Source of the DNA: Microbacterium sp.
Lineage (GTDB): Bacteria; Actinomycetota; Actinomycetes; Actinomycetales; Microbacteriaceae
DNA length: 64,000 bases
Assembly (NCBI RefSeq): GCF_048259935.1
Contig: NZ_JBLXHF010000008.1
Span: 25,631 to 89,630 of the forward strand
Direction of reading: 5' to 3'
Position numbers and translations under genes: made by a program. The notes beneath the pieces were generated by a model. It saw only the letters and a program-made list of their open reading frames with translations, made no database searches and was not told where the DNA came from. Below, piece after piece: positions 55,824 to 63,198 of this stretch. The stretch's first letter is position 1. Each line of letters opens with the position of its first letter.

Positions 55824-57059
55824 TCATTGAAGCCCCCGGCCGGCGTTCGGTCCTGCGCCGGGAGTGCGGTGCGGTGCCGCGGAGTCGGGGTCGATCTCGC
55901 GACGCCGGACGATCGCTTCGGCGCGCTGGATCGTGTGATTACGAATTGTCGCCAGTCGCCGGTTGACGATCTCAGTGACCTCATCGGTCAGGCGGGACTG
56001 CGTCTCCTGCTCCATCTCGTATGGCGGCATCCCCCGTGCTGTTCGTGCGATCGAATCCATTCGGATCTCTTCGCGTAGTCGCGCCTCACGCCATTCGCGG
56101 TGATGCGCGTAGATCTGGGGTCGCTCCGCTCGGATCTTCTCCACGAGGTGCTCGTGCGACTCCTTCAGCGCTTGCAGATCTCGCGCACGACGCCACTGGA
56201 GCACCTCCGGCGGAAGGCCGCCGTCCCGGCCGTTCACAATCGGCTCACCTTCAGGGGTCTTGAGCGGCGCCGACTGCGCTCTGAGTACGACGCGCCGGCG
56301 CACAGCGACTACTTTCGGGAGATCGAGCGGCAGCTCCTCCGTCGCTTCTGCGGCGATAGCGCCACGCTCTGCGACCGTGCGGCGACGCGCAAAGTACTCG
56401 TTCGCTGCGGCATCGTGCGCGCGGCGTTCGTCCGCGTACACGGAATGGATGCGTCGCGGTGGCAGCCCGAGCTTCTTGAGCCGGCTCCGCCGTCTCGATG
56501 CTTCGCGCCCGCGGGCGCGTTGCGCTTCAATGTTCTTCTGGTACCACTGCTTGAACGCGTCCGGGTTCTGCTCACGACGGGCCGCAGCCAGAGACCGCCC
56601 TCGTGCTCGGATCTCGTCCGCGTTCGCGTCTCGGTAACGCTGCGCGGACCGACGACCGCTTTCGAGCTTTCGCTCGGGGTGACGTTCCTTGTATCGGCGC
56701 CGGTACTCACGAACCTTCTCCGGGTGCTCGGCTCGGAAACGACGAGAACGCGCAAGCGCGATATCCCTATTCTCCGCATACCACTCCCGTCCGCGGGCGT
56801 TGTGCTTCAGCCGCTGCCGGCGCCGATGAGCCTGTCGTTTCGCGGACTCACGGTTCAGTTCCCGGGACCGCTCGAGGTTCCGTTCCCGCCACGCCCGATC
56901 CAGTGCCACCATCTTCTCCGGATGCGCCTCACGATAGCGTCGCCGGTACTCCGCTGCGGCTTCCGGGTGTGTCTGGCTCCAGCTGGGCCGACCGCGTGAC
57001 CTCTTCTGATCACCCGCGCCCTCTGTCGGGCACATGCGATCACTCCGCTGGTGAGGCAC
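55824..57059 (-). CDS. Highly basic, Arg-rich protein (411 aa) with periodic Y.RRY.E.HPEK-type helical repeats
   Basis: AAEYRRRYREAHPEKMVALDRAW / RRFRAEHPEKVREYRRRYKERHPERKLE / AQRYRDANADEIRARG / REQNPDAFKQWYQKNIEAQ, with a period of about 19-21 aa. Confidence 0.55.
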   Translation of the reverse strand: MPHQRSDRMCPTEGAGDQKRSRGRPSWSQTHPEAAAEYRRRYREAHPEKMVALDRAWRERNLERSRELNRESAKRQAHRRRQRLKHNARGREWYAENRDIALARSRRFRAEHPEKVREYRRRYKERHPERKLESGRRSAQRYRDANADEIRARGRSLAAARREQNPDAFKQWYQKNIEAQRARGREASRRRSRLKKLGLPPRRIHSVYADERRAHDAAANEYFARRRTVAERGAIAAEATEELPLDLPKVVAVRRRVVLRAQSAPLKTPEGEPIVNGRDGGLPPEVLQWRRARDLQALKESHEHLVEKIRAERPQIYAHHREWREARLREEIRMDSIARTARGMPPYEMEQETQSRLTDEVTEIVNRRLATIRNHTIQRAEAIVRRREIDPDSAAPHRTPGAGPNAGRGLQ

Positions 57060-57300
57060 CCGCCACGGTGCCGTAGACGAACGCCGTCAGGGCCTCCCGG
57101 TGGCCGGTAGGATCGACCACCGTCCGACCGATCAGCTCTCGCAGTTCGGCGCTCACGTTCTCTGCGTCGAGGTCGTCCAGACACCAGTCGATATCGTCAT
57201 TGAGCTGATAACCCGGGGAGTCCGCAGGCAATGTCCGGTAGTACATGATCGCGATCGTTCCGACCCGCTGCAGCAGCGCATCAGCGTCATCAAGCTTCAT
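57040..57300 (-). CDS. Small acidic protein (86 aa), translationally coupled to the relaxase gene
   Basis: Its ATG overlaps the relaxase TGA (ATGA at 57297-57300). Its 3' end overlaps the next gene by 20 nt. Confidence 0.4.
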   Translation of the reverse strand: MKLDDADALLQRVGTIAIMYYRTLPADSPGYQLNDDIDWCLDDLDAENVSAELRELIGRTVVDPTGHREALTAFVYGTVAGASPAE

Positions 57301-60300
57301 TGGATTCCTCCTTGGTGGGATGCTGGCGCCTGTGCGACCAGCTCGCGGTAACGGATTTGTTCAGTGTCCTGTTCGAGATGCCGCGGCCGGTCATCTTCGA
57401 GGTAGCGGGCCAGGCTACGTGCCTCGATCTGCTGAGCCTCTTTCATCCGCTGCTCCAAGCGGGCCCGTGTGCCGTCGTCGAATCCAGTGCGTAGGCGGTC
57501 ACGACGTACGGCTCGACCATGACCTTGGGCCTCGCGGTCGGCAGCATCCGCATCCAACGTGAGCCGCGCAGTTCGAGCAGACCGCAGCCATCGGGCCAGC
57601 TTCGACGACGGGTCCGGCTCGGTCGTGTCGTGTGGCGGGCATGCAAGCCCCGCAGCTTCCGGAGCGGCGTCGCGCGCCGACCTGTTCAGGTCTCGATGAG
57701 CCGCACGAACGGCATCTGCGACATCGGGCTCAGGGAGCCCGCGCATCATCGAACTGGCGAGCGCTTCCCGAGCAGCGGCATCCGAGCGGGCCACGACGAC
57801 TGCTTCGTTGTGCTGCCTCCCACGAGTCAGCCCGACGTACAGGCCGGACGCGTCGACATCAGGGCCGACCAGGGACACGTCTGTGGTTTCGCCTTGGATG
57901 CCGTGCACCGTCGTGGCATAGGCCAGGTGGACATGGTCGGCCGCGTACTCGCGCGAGACGGTCCGGCTGTCTGCCGCGTCGTCGAGACGCTGGAGTTCCA
58001 AAGCGGTCGGTCCGATTCGACTGACACGCCACATTGCGCGGTTCTCGACTCCCGTGTCGCGGTCGTTTCGGCGAGTCTGGACGATGTCGCCCTCCAGGAT
58101 GCGGTTCTCTTCACCGCCTATTGCGATTCGATGGATGCCGAGTTCTCCGCGCTGGACGCGTTCTTGTTGGATGGCATCGTTGATGTAGGCCGCTTCCTCG
58201 TTCGTCGCAGTGACAATCGCGACCGACTGACCGCGGTTGTGGTGATCGAAGTAGCCGCGAACAAGGGCGATTCGTGCGGCATCCAGATCATCCACACGGC
58301 ACACGTGCTGCTGCTCCTGAAGCGCTGCGGCCGTGTCCATCGCCTCGAAAATGGTGTCGGGCGCTCGAAGCCTCAGAGTCAGCGCGGCGTACTCCGGGTC
58401 ATCAAACCGGTGCACCCCGTTGAGTTCCACAGCCTTCCCGGCGCGCCGCTCGGCCATCGCCATCGCCCCGGCGTGCCCGACCGGGCTCGCCTGGAGTGGG
58501 TCACCGACCAACGCGATTCCGGCTCCCGTCTCGATTGCCAGCTGGGTCAGGGCATCGGCGGCATTGAGGTCCAGCATCCCAGCCTCGTCGACCACGATCC
58601 GGACTCCCGCGTCGAGGTGGTGGTGCCGAGGGCCTCGGTAGATGGCACCCGTCGATGGGTCACGTTGCCCGAGCTGCAGTCGCCACCACAGAGCAGCGCC
58701 GGCATCGTCTGTCCCCCACCGCCAACCGTGGTCGGCAAGAAGAGCATGGATGCTCGTACCCGCGGTCCCGATCTCGCGACCGGCGACGGCGGCTGCCTTT
58801 CTTGTCGGGGCGACGATCAGCAGACGTCGTCCCTGGACCTCGAGCGCCGAGCGCGCGAGGCGCAGCATCGTAGTCTTGCCGGTCCCAGCCGGCCCGGTGA
58901 CAGTGACGAGCCGGTCGAAGCCGGTGACGGCATCCGCAGCGATGCGCTGTGAGGCATCGAGGCCACTGCCGACCAGGAGCTGTCGTGCAGCATCCATGCC
59001 TGATGTCGGTGGCGACTGCCACGGTGCGTCACTCAGGCGGACAAGACGTATTCCCAGATCGGACTTGAGTCGAGCGAATGCGTGCGTGACGAGCGCCTTC
59101 ACATGTTGTGGCTTGTCCGGATCATCCGGTATCAGGTCTCGCGTATGCGCAAGGGCGCGCGCGGTCACATCGTCGATGAGTTGCTGCAATCCGTCCCGCT
59201 CGCCGACGATCCCGGAGGAAGCCACCGCCCGGCTGGCGCCCGCCCGGATGTCCAGCACGCTGAATCTCCCATTGCTCGCTCGGGAGCGATCGTCAGCATC
59301 CGCAACCGCACGGCGTGCGAGCAGGTCATGGTCCACCCCGGTAGGCCCCGACTGCGGAGCTTCCAGCGGTCGCAACGGGGTGAGTACGTCGGGGTCGAGC
59401 CGAAGAAACTCCTGCTTCGTGAGCTCAAACCATTCATCCTCGTTCACATCGCTCGGCTTGCCCGGGCGATTGACCGCCCAGGCATGTCGGTCGATCATCT
59501 GCAGAACGTCAGGGCCGGGCGTCTCGTCGGGATGGCTGGATCTCCACTGTTCAAGCAGCACAGCCCGGTTTGCCTCGATCTGATTCGATCGTCGAGAAAC
59601 CGCGCGAACGAGATGCGCGAGCTGGGCGATCTCCCCTTCGGTGTTCAAGCTATAGCCGTGGGCGGCGAGCGCCGCCATCCACTCAGGATCCGTTCGAGCC
59701 GCCAGCTCGCCCTCGGCGTTGACGATGTTCTGCACGCGCATCGCCACGCGCGAGTCGACGTTGGACCATTTGCCGTCCGCTCCCCGCACTCGCACGTTCA
59801 GCCACAGGTGCCGGTGGACGTGCGGGTCCAGCGCGCGCGAGCGTCGATGCTGAAGCTCGACTACTTCCAACCGCGCGATGCTCTCGCGAACCCGCCCTCC
59901 GGCACCGCGCCGCGCATTCAGCTCTCGCTCCCAGGTCGTGACGATGCGATCCCGGAGACGATCCTGCAGTGCCTCGTACGCGCGCTCAAGGCCCGGATGA
60001 AGAAGGGCAGCAATGCTGAACGACTTCGAGGCGTTGATCGTGCTGTCAAGAATCAAATCGGATGCGGGCGACGCAAGGTCACGTCCCCGGAGCTCACCCG
60101 TCTCGGGGTCACGCCCATCGACCCAGGTTGTCAGCTGTCGCGCGTCAAGCTCATCGAGAACAATCGTGCCCGACTCGACGCTGAATCGAGTGACGGTCGC
60201 GCCGTGGACGCCGCTGTACGCACCGAGAGCATCCACGCCGACTGTCCGCAGGTGCGAGTCGCAGGAACCACGAAACGCGTAGGCCATCGCCTGGCGGACT

Positions 60301-60347
60301 CCCTGGGAGCCCAGACCCCGTTTCCAGCGTTCGAGTCCTCCTCGCAC
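57297..60347 (-). CDS. MobF-family relaxase-helicase (TrwC/TraA-like)
   Basis: Relaxase His triad: HRRSRALDPHVHRHLWLN. Helicase motifs: GPAGTGKTT, VVDEAGM, ...TVHGIQGET.... Start at GTG 60347 or Met21 (60287). Confidence 0.9.
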   Translation of the reverse strand: MRGGLERWKRGLGSQGVRQAMAYAFRGSCDSHLRTVGVDALGAYSGVHGATVTRFSVESGTIVLDELDARQLTTWVDGRDPETGELRGRDLASPASDLILDSTINASKSFSIAALLHPGLERAYEALQDRLRDRIVTTWERELNARRGAGGRVRESIARLEVVELQHRRSRALDPHVHRHLWLNVRVRGADGKWSNVDSRVAMRVQNIVNAEGELAARTDPEWMAALAAHGYSLNTEGEIAQLAHLVRAVSRRSNQIEANRAVLLEQWRSSHPDETPGPDVLQMIDRHAWAVNRPGKPSDVNEDEWFELTKQEFLRLDPDVLTPLRPLEAPQSGPTGVDHDLLARRAVADADDRSRASNGRFSVLDIRAGASRAVASSGIVGERDGLQQLIDDVTARALAHTRDLIPDDPDKPQHVKALVTHAFARLKSDLGIRLVRLSDAPWQSPPTSGMDAARQLLVGSGLDASQRIAADAVTGFDRLVTVTGPAGTGKTTMLRLARSALEVQGRRLLIVAPTRKAAAVAGREIGTAGTSIHALLADHGWRWGTDDAGAALWWRLQLGQRDPSTGAIYRGPRHHHLDAGVRIVVDEAGMLDLNAADALTQLAIETGAGIALVGDPLQASPVGHAGAMAMAERRAGKAVELNGVHRFDDPEYAALTLRLRAPDTIFEAMDTAAALQEQQHVCRVDDLDAARIALVRGYFDHHNRGQSVAIVTATNEEAAYINDAIQQERVQRGELGIHRIAIGGEENRILEGDIVQTRRNDRDTGVENRAMWRVSRIGPTALELQRLDDAADSRTVSREYAADHVHLAYATTVHGIQGETTDVSLVGPDVDASGLYVGLTRGRQHNEAVVVARSDAAAREALASSMMRGLPEPDVADAVRAAHRDLNRSARDAAPEAAGLACPPHDTTEPDPSSKLARWLRSARTARLTLDADAADREAQGHGRAVRRDRLRTGFDDGTRARLEQRMKEAQQIEARSLARYLEDDRPRHLEQDTEQIRYRELVAQAPASHQGGIQ

Positions 60348-60497
60348 GCCATCAGAGTACGCCCGATTTGCCTATCACGCCAGAGTATTCACAGAAAGTG
60401 CCTGCGTGCATTGCGTTTGGTCGTTCGCGCGATTGTCATGGGTTCGCCACGCCGCACCAGCTCCGTTCTCGTCGTCAGCCGAATACGTACCACATGC

Positions 60498-60615
60498 GTT
60501 TCGGCGCGAATTGGTTTCGGCAGGGGGTTTCGGCAGGGGGTTTCGGCGCATCGCTCCTCGGCGTGTCGCGCACTTTTGTGAAGCGCGACAGTAGATGTCG
60601 CACTTGTCGCTTCGC
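60498..60615. promoter_or_regulatory. Candidate oriT / relaxosome-binding region
   Basis: There are four GTTTCGGC copies (60498, 60514, 60527, 60540), including two perfect tandem 13-mers GGTTTCGGCAGGG (60513-60538). These are followed by the inverted repeat TGTCGCGC-11 nt-GCGCGACA (60564-60590) and further TGTCGC/GTCGC repeats. The region lies 150-270 bp upstream of the relaxase gene. Confidence 0.35.
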
Positions 60616-60699
60616 TAAACGTCCGGATTTCCCCGCGAGCATGTCCTGATCGAACCATCGCAGGGTGCGGGCGGATGTGTCCGCCCCTCGGCGGACGCG

Positions 60700-61488
60700 C
60701 TACCGAGCCTCGCAGCGTTGGTCGAAGAGAGACCAGCCGCGCTTCAGGAGGCGGTATGAGCCGAGGAATGGTTCTGCAACGAGCTCTGGCGCGCCGCCGG
60801 CCTTGCCCTCGCCGATGCCTGTGCGTCGATCTGCGGGACCGAAGGCCGCTCTCTGGAAGAGTGACCAGCCGAGCACATGGGCATCCGCGCTCATCTCTCG
60901 CCACAGTCCACGAAGAGCCTCACGGGAACTTCTATCCGGAAAGGTGGTGTCGACGGCGGTACCGATTACCTCGGTGAGGTTCAGCGTTGCCGCGGTGGTC
61001 TTGCGTGCTGCCACCTGGGCGCGGCGTTCGGCCAACCAGAGCTGTTGGTCGGCTAGTCGAGCGCGGTCCTCGACCTCGAGATCTGTGGTCTCGAGGAAGT
61101 TGTAGTACTTGCCCATCTGGGCGTACATCTCTGCTGTCACCGTGAGGCCCCGCTCGCGGCGCGCGACCCGTTCGTCGGGTGCCAGTATCCAAACGGCTTG
61201 CGACGCCCCGACAAGTGCGCCACGGAGCACGGTGAAGTGTGAGGACGGGTACAACTGTTTCGCTTTGACGGCGTCGAGTGCGAGGCGAAGGTGCTCGCCC
61301 GACGCGACGAGGGAGAGTCGCGCAACCTCGCTGATTGGCATCCGCTGAAAGATCCCGTCGTCTTTCGCGAGATCACTACCTCGCTCCGGTTCTTCGATGC
61401 GGTGAGCTCGAAGCCGCCACCGGTCGAGATCCTCTGCTGTGTCGAGCATCTGCGTGATCGCCTCGCGCCGTGAGCTGCTCATTCCCAT
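60700..61488 (-). CDS. All-alpha hypothetical protein (262 aa) with an Rx6H motif (possible HEPN/AbiV-like)
   Basis: It is the longest ORF in the region on the cluster strand. It contains ...LRGLWREMSADAHVLGW.... The N-terminal start is uncertain because no good SD was found. Confidence 0.5.
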   Translation of the reverse strand: MGMSSSRREAITQMLDTAEDLDRWRLRAHRIEEPERGSDLAKDDGIFQRMPISEVARLSLVASGEHLRLALDAVKAKQLYPSSHFTVLRGALVGASQAVWILAPDERVARRERGLTVTAEMYAQMGKYYNFLETTDLEVEDRARLADQQLWLAERRAQVAARKTTAATLNLTEVIGTAVDTTFPDRSSREALRGLWREMSADAHVLGWSLFQRAAFGPADRRTGIGEGKAGGAPELVAEPFLGSYRLLKRGWSLFDQRCEAR

Positions 61489-61678
61489 GGGAGGAATCTA
61501 CCGCGACTCATGCACCCATCTTCCGTGGAGCAGATCGGCGCGAAACCGATCGTTCACAGGAACGGGCAGGGACTCGGGGGCAGTGCCTACTGGAACTCGG
61601 CGACGTTTCCAGGCGCAGTGGATCATCTGCCGTTGATGGGAGTAGCGCTCCGGTTCGGCTTCCGAGTCGACGACGTTA

Positions 61679-61855
61679 CTACTTCTTCGACGGGCGGGAT
61701 ACGCCGGAGCCGCCGGCGGGCGGCTTGCTGCTAGCAGGTCGTGCCGGACCGGACCCGCTACCTGTTACGGAACGGGGACGTGCCCCTTCCGATGAACGGT
61801 TCGGGCGTGCACCCCTGGACTCGCTTGGCTCGCCGCTCTTATCGCTGGGAGACAT
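61679..61855 (-). CDS. Possible micro-ORF (58 aa), basic and disordered (Ser/Gly/Pro/Arg-rich)
   Basis: The ATG at 61855 lies inside the last codons of the upstream gene (GGAAAAGGAAA upstream). It reads MSPSDKSGEPSESRGARPNRSSEGARP...GVSRPSKK. It is below the ORF-track length cut-off. Confidence 0.25.
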   Translation of the reverse strand: MSPSDKSGEPSESRGARPNRSSEGARPRSVTGSGSGPARPASSKPPAGGSGVSRPSKK

Positions 61856-62516
61856 TGGTTTCCTTTTCCTCCATGGGGTCGTGGATCCATTCAACAAGGT
61901 AGTCGTCGCGCACGGCCACCCACACGCCACCCGACAAGGGAAGAGGTTCCCCGAAGTCGCCGTCCTCGGACATGACAAACTGCTCTTGGATGAAGAGATC
62001 ACGAGGCTCGGGGTACGTGCTGAAGTAGGAGCTATTACCGAACCGGCCTCCCACCCATACTCCGTCGGCGAGGCGAACACGCACCCATCCCGCCTCCGTT
62101 GTGGTGGTGACAAGGTCCCATGCCGTTGGTGTGCCCTCGTATCGCGAATCAGTGATCTTCCTTCGTAGCTTCCCGGCGATCTCGTGGAGTGGGCGGAGAA
62201 GCGGGCCGCCGCCGTATACGATCCACGAGACCAGTGCGGGGACGAGTATGGCCAGCAGAACGAACAGCCAACCCAAGGTCCCCACTTCGCCTGCGGTGAG
62301 TTCCGCACCGCGTGTCGCCACGAGCGGTCCGATCGAGGCAACGTACACAGCATCGAACACGGCGCTTACGACGAAAGCGAGCAGAATGCGTGCTCCAACG
62401 CTCCGATCAACGTCCCTGAACCCGCGGAATTGCGCGCGGACGGAGATGAAAACGACGCCAGGTACGATCAGCGCGAGGTAGAACAGAACGCCCAGCCCAT
62501 CGGATGGAAGGCTCAA
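61839..62516 (-). CDS. Membrane protein: 3 N-terminal TM plus a beta-rich soluble C-terminal domain (DUF6338-like by recollection)
   Basis: 225 aa with a TTG start. It begins MSLPSDGLGVLFYLALIVPGVVFISV.... The C-terminus is ...AGWVRVRLADGVWVGGRFGNSSYFSTYPEPRDLFIQEQFVMSEDGDFGEPL...VWVAVRDDYLVEW. Confidence 0.6.
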   Translation of the reverse strand: MSLPSDGLGVLFYLALIVPGVVFISVRAQFRGFRDVDRSVGARILLAFVVSAVFDAVYVASIGPLVATRGAELTAGEVGTLGWLFVLLAILVPALVSWIVYGGGPLLRPLHEIAGKLRRKITDSRYEGTPTAWDLVTTTTEAGWVRVRLADGVWVGGRFGNSSYFSTYPEPRDLFIQEQFVMSEDGDFGEPLPLSGGVWVAVRDDYLVEWIHDPMEEKETNVSQR

Positions 62517-62584
62517 GTCTCGTTACCGCCAACCTGTGTCATGGCGCCACGCTATTTGGGTGGCTACGGGCCTTCGATCAGCGA

Positions 62585-62728
62585 TCACCCTGTTCCCTCG
62601 GGTTTCTCATCAAGCTTCAGCTTCGTGAGAACCGAGTCCTGGGCGATGGATCTCCGCCCAAACGGACCGCGCACGGGGCCTGCTCGACCTAAGCGGAGTC
62701 CGATGAAAGGCGTCTGCGGTGGCTTCAT
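62585..62728 (-). CDS. Possible micro-ORF (47 aa) coupled to the SLOG-like gene
   Basis: The ATG at 62728-62726 overlaps the SLOG gene TGA (62727-62725). It reads MKPPQTPFIGLRLGRAGPVRGPFGRRSIAQDSVLTKLKLDEKPEGTG. There is no other support. Confidence 0.2.
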   Translation of the reverse strand: MKPPQTPFIGLRLGRAGPVRGPFGRRSIAQDSVLTKLKLDEKPEGTG

Positions 62729-63198
62729 CGGTCGACGCCGGCGGGCCAGATGACAAGCACACGGATGTGCTGCGCGCGTGCATAGGCAACGGCGTCGGCC
62801 GTGCCACCCCTGCCGCGAGCGGGCTTCCCATCCCAGACAGCTAGGAGGATGTCACTGTTCTCGACAACACGGCGGCCGGCAGCGTCATATGCGGCTTCGT
62901 CAGGTTCTTCGAACGGCAACTGCTCGATGCCGCTGGCTTCCTCCCGCAGCTTGCGATATTGGGCGAGGGAGGAGTCATCGAAGGTCGACTCGTAATTCTC
63001 AGAAGGGATTACGGCGTGCAGCCGACCGCCCAGTTCGAGAAGGATGCGGGCGAAAAGCTGATCTGCGCCGTCGGCGAGACTGCTAAATCCCTCTACAGGC
63101 GGGCGTAGTTCCGCCAAGGTGATCCGAATCTGCTGGCGGATGTATGGAATTGCGTCGGCCGGTATTTGCTGGTGGCCGGTGATTCCAACCCGGGTCAT
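62725..63198 (-). CDS. SLOG / LOG / DprA-superfamily Rossmannoid protein (157 aa)
   Basis: Met20 of ORF 62725..63255. Its ATG overlaps the TGA of the caspase-like gene (ATGA at 63195-63198). Motifs: VGITGH, LADGADQLFA, LGGRLHAVIP, and ILLAVWDGKPARGRGGTADAVAYA (equivalent to PGGxGTxxE). Confidence 0.65.
   Translation of the reverse strand: MTRVGITGHQQIPADAIPYIRQQIRITLAELRPPVEGFSSLADGADQLFARILLELGGRLHAVIPSENYESTFDDSSLAQYRKLREEASGIEQLPFEEPDEAAYDAAGRRVVENSDILLAVWDGKPARGRGGTADAVAYARAQHIRVLVIWPAGVDR

Noticed and set aside
57519-60581. Plus-strand ORFs of 477 aa (57519..58952), 313 aa (58642..59583) and 499 aa (59082..60581)
   Set aside because: All are antisense to the MobF relaxase-helicase, whose motifs are unambiguous. 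They are Arg/Ser/Pro-rich shadow frames.
60669-60686. Hairpin GGGCGGA-tgtg-TCCGCCC downstream of the 262-aa gene, considered as a terminator
   Set aside because: It has a short 7-bp stem and no T-run on the relevant strand. It lies between the cluster and the oriT-like repeats, so its role is ambiguous, and it was not called as a feature.
61470-62168. 232-aa plus-strand ORF and the 61679..62353 minus ORF (224 aa) overlapping the 3-TM gene
   Set aside because: They are alternative frames of the 61839..62516 gene region, with low-complexity Arg/Ser/Pro translations. Only the last 58 codons of the 61679..62353 frame were kept, as a low-confidence micro-ORF.
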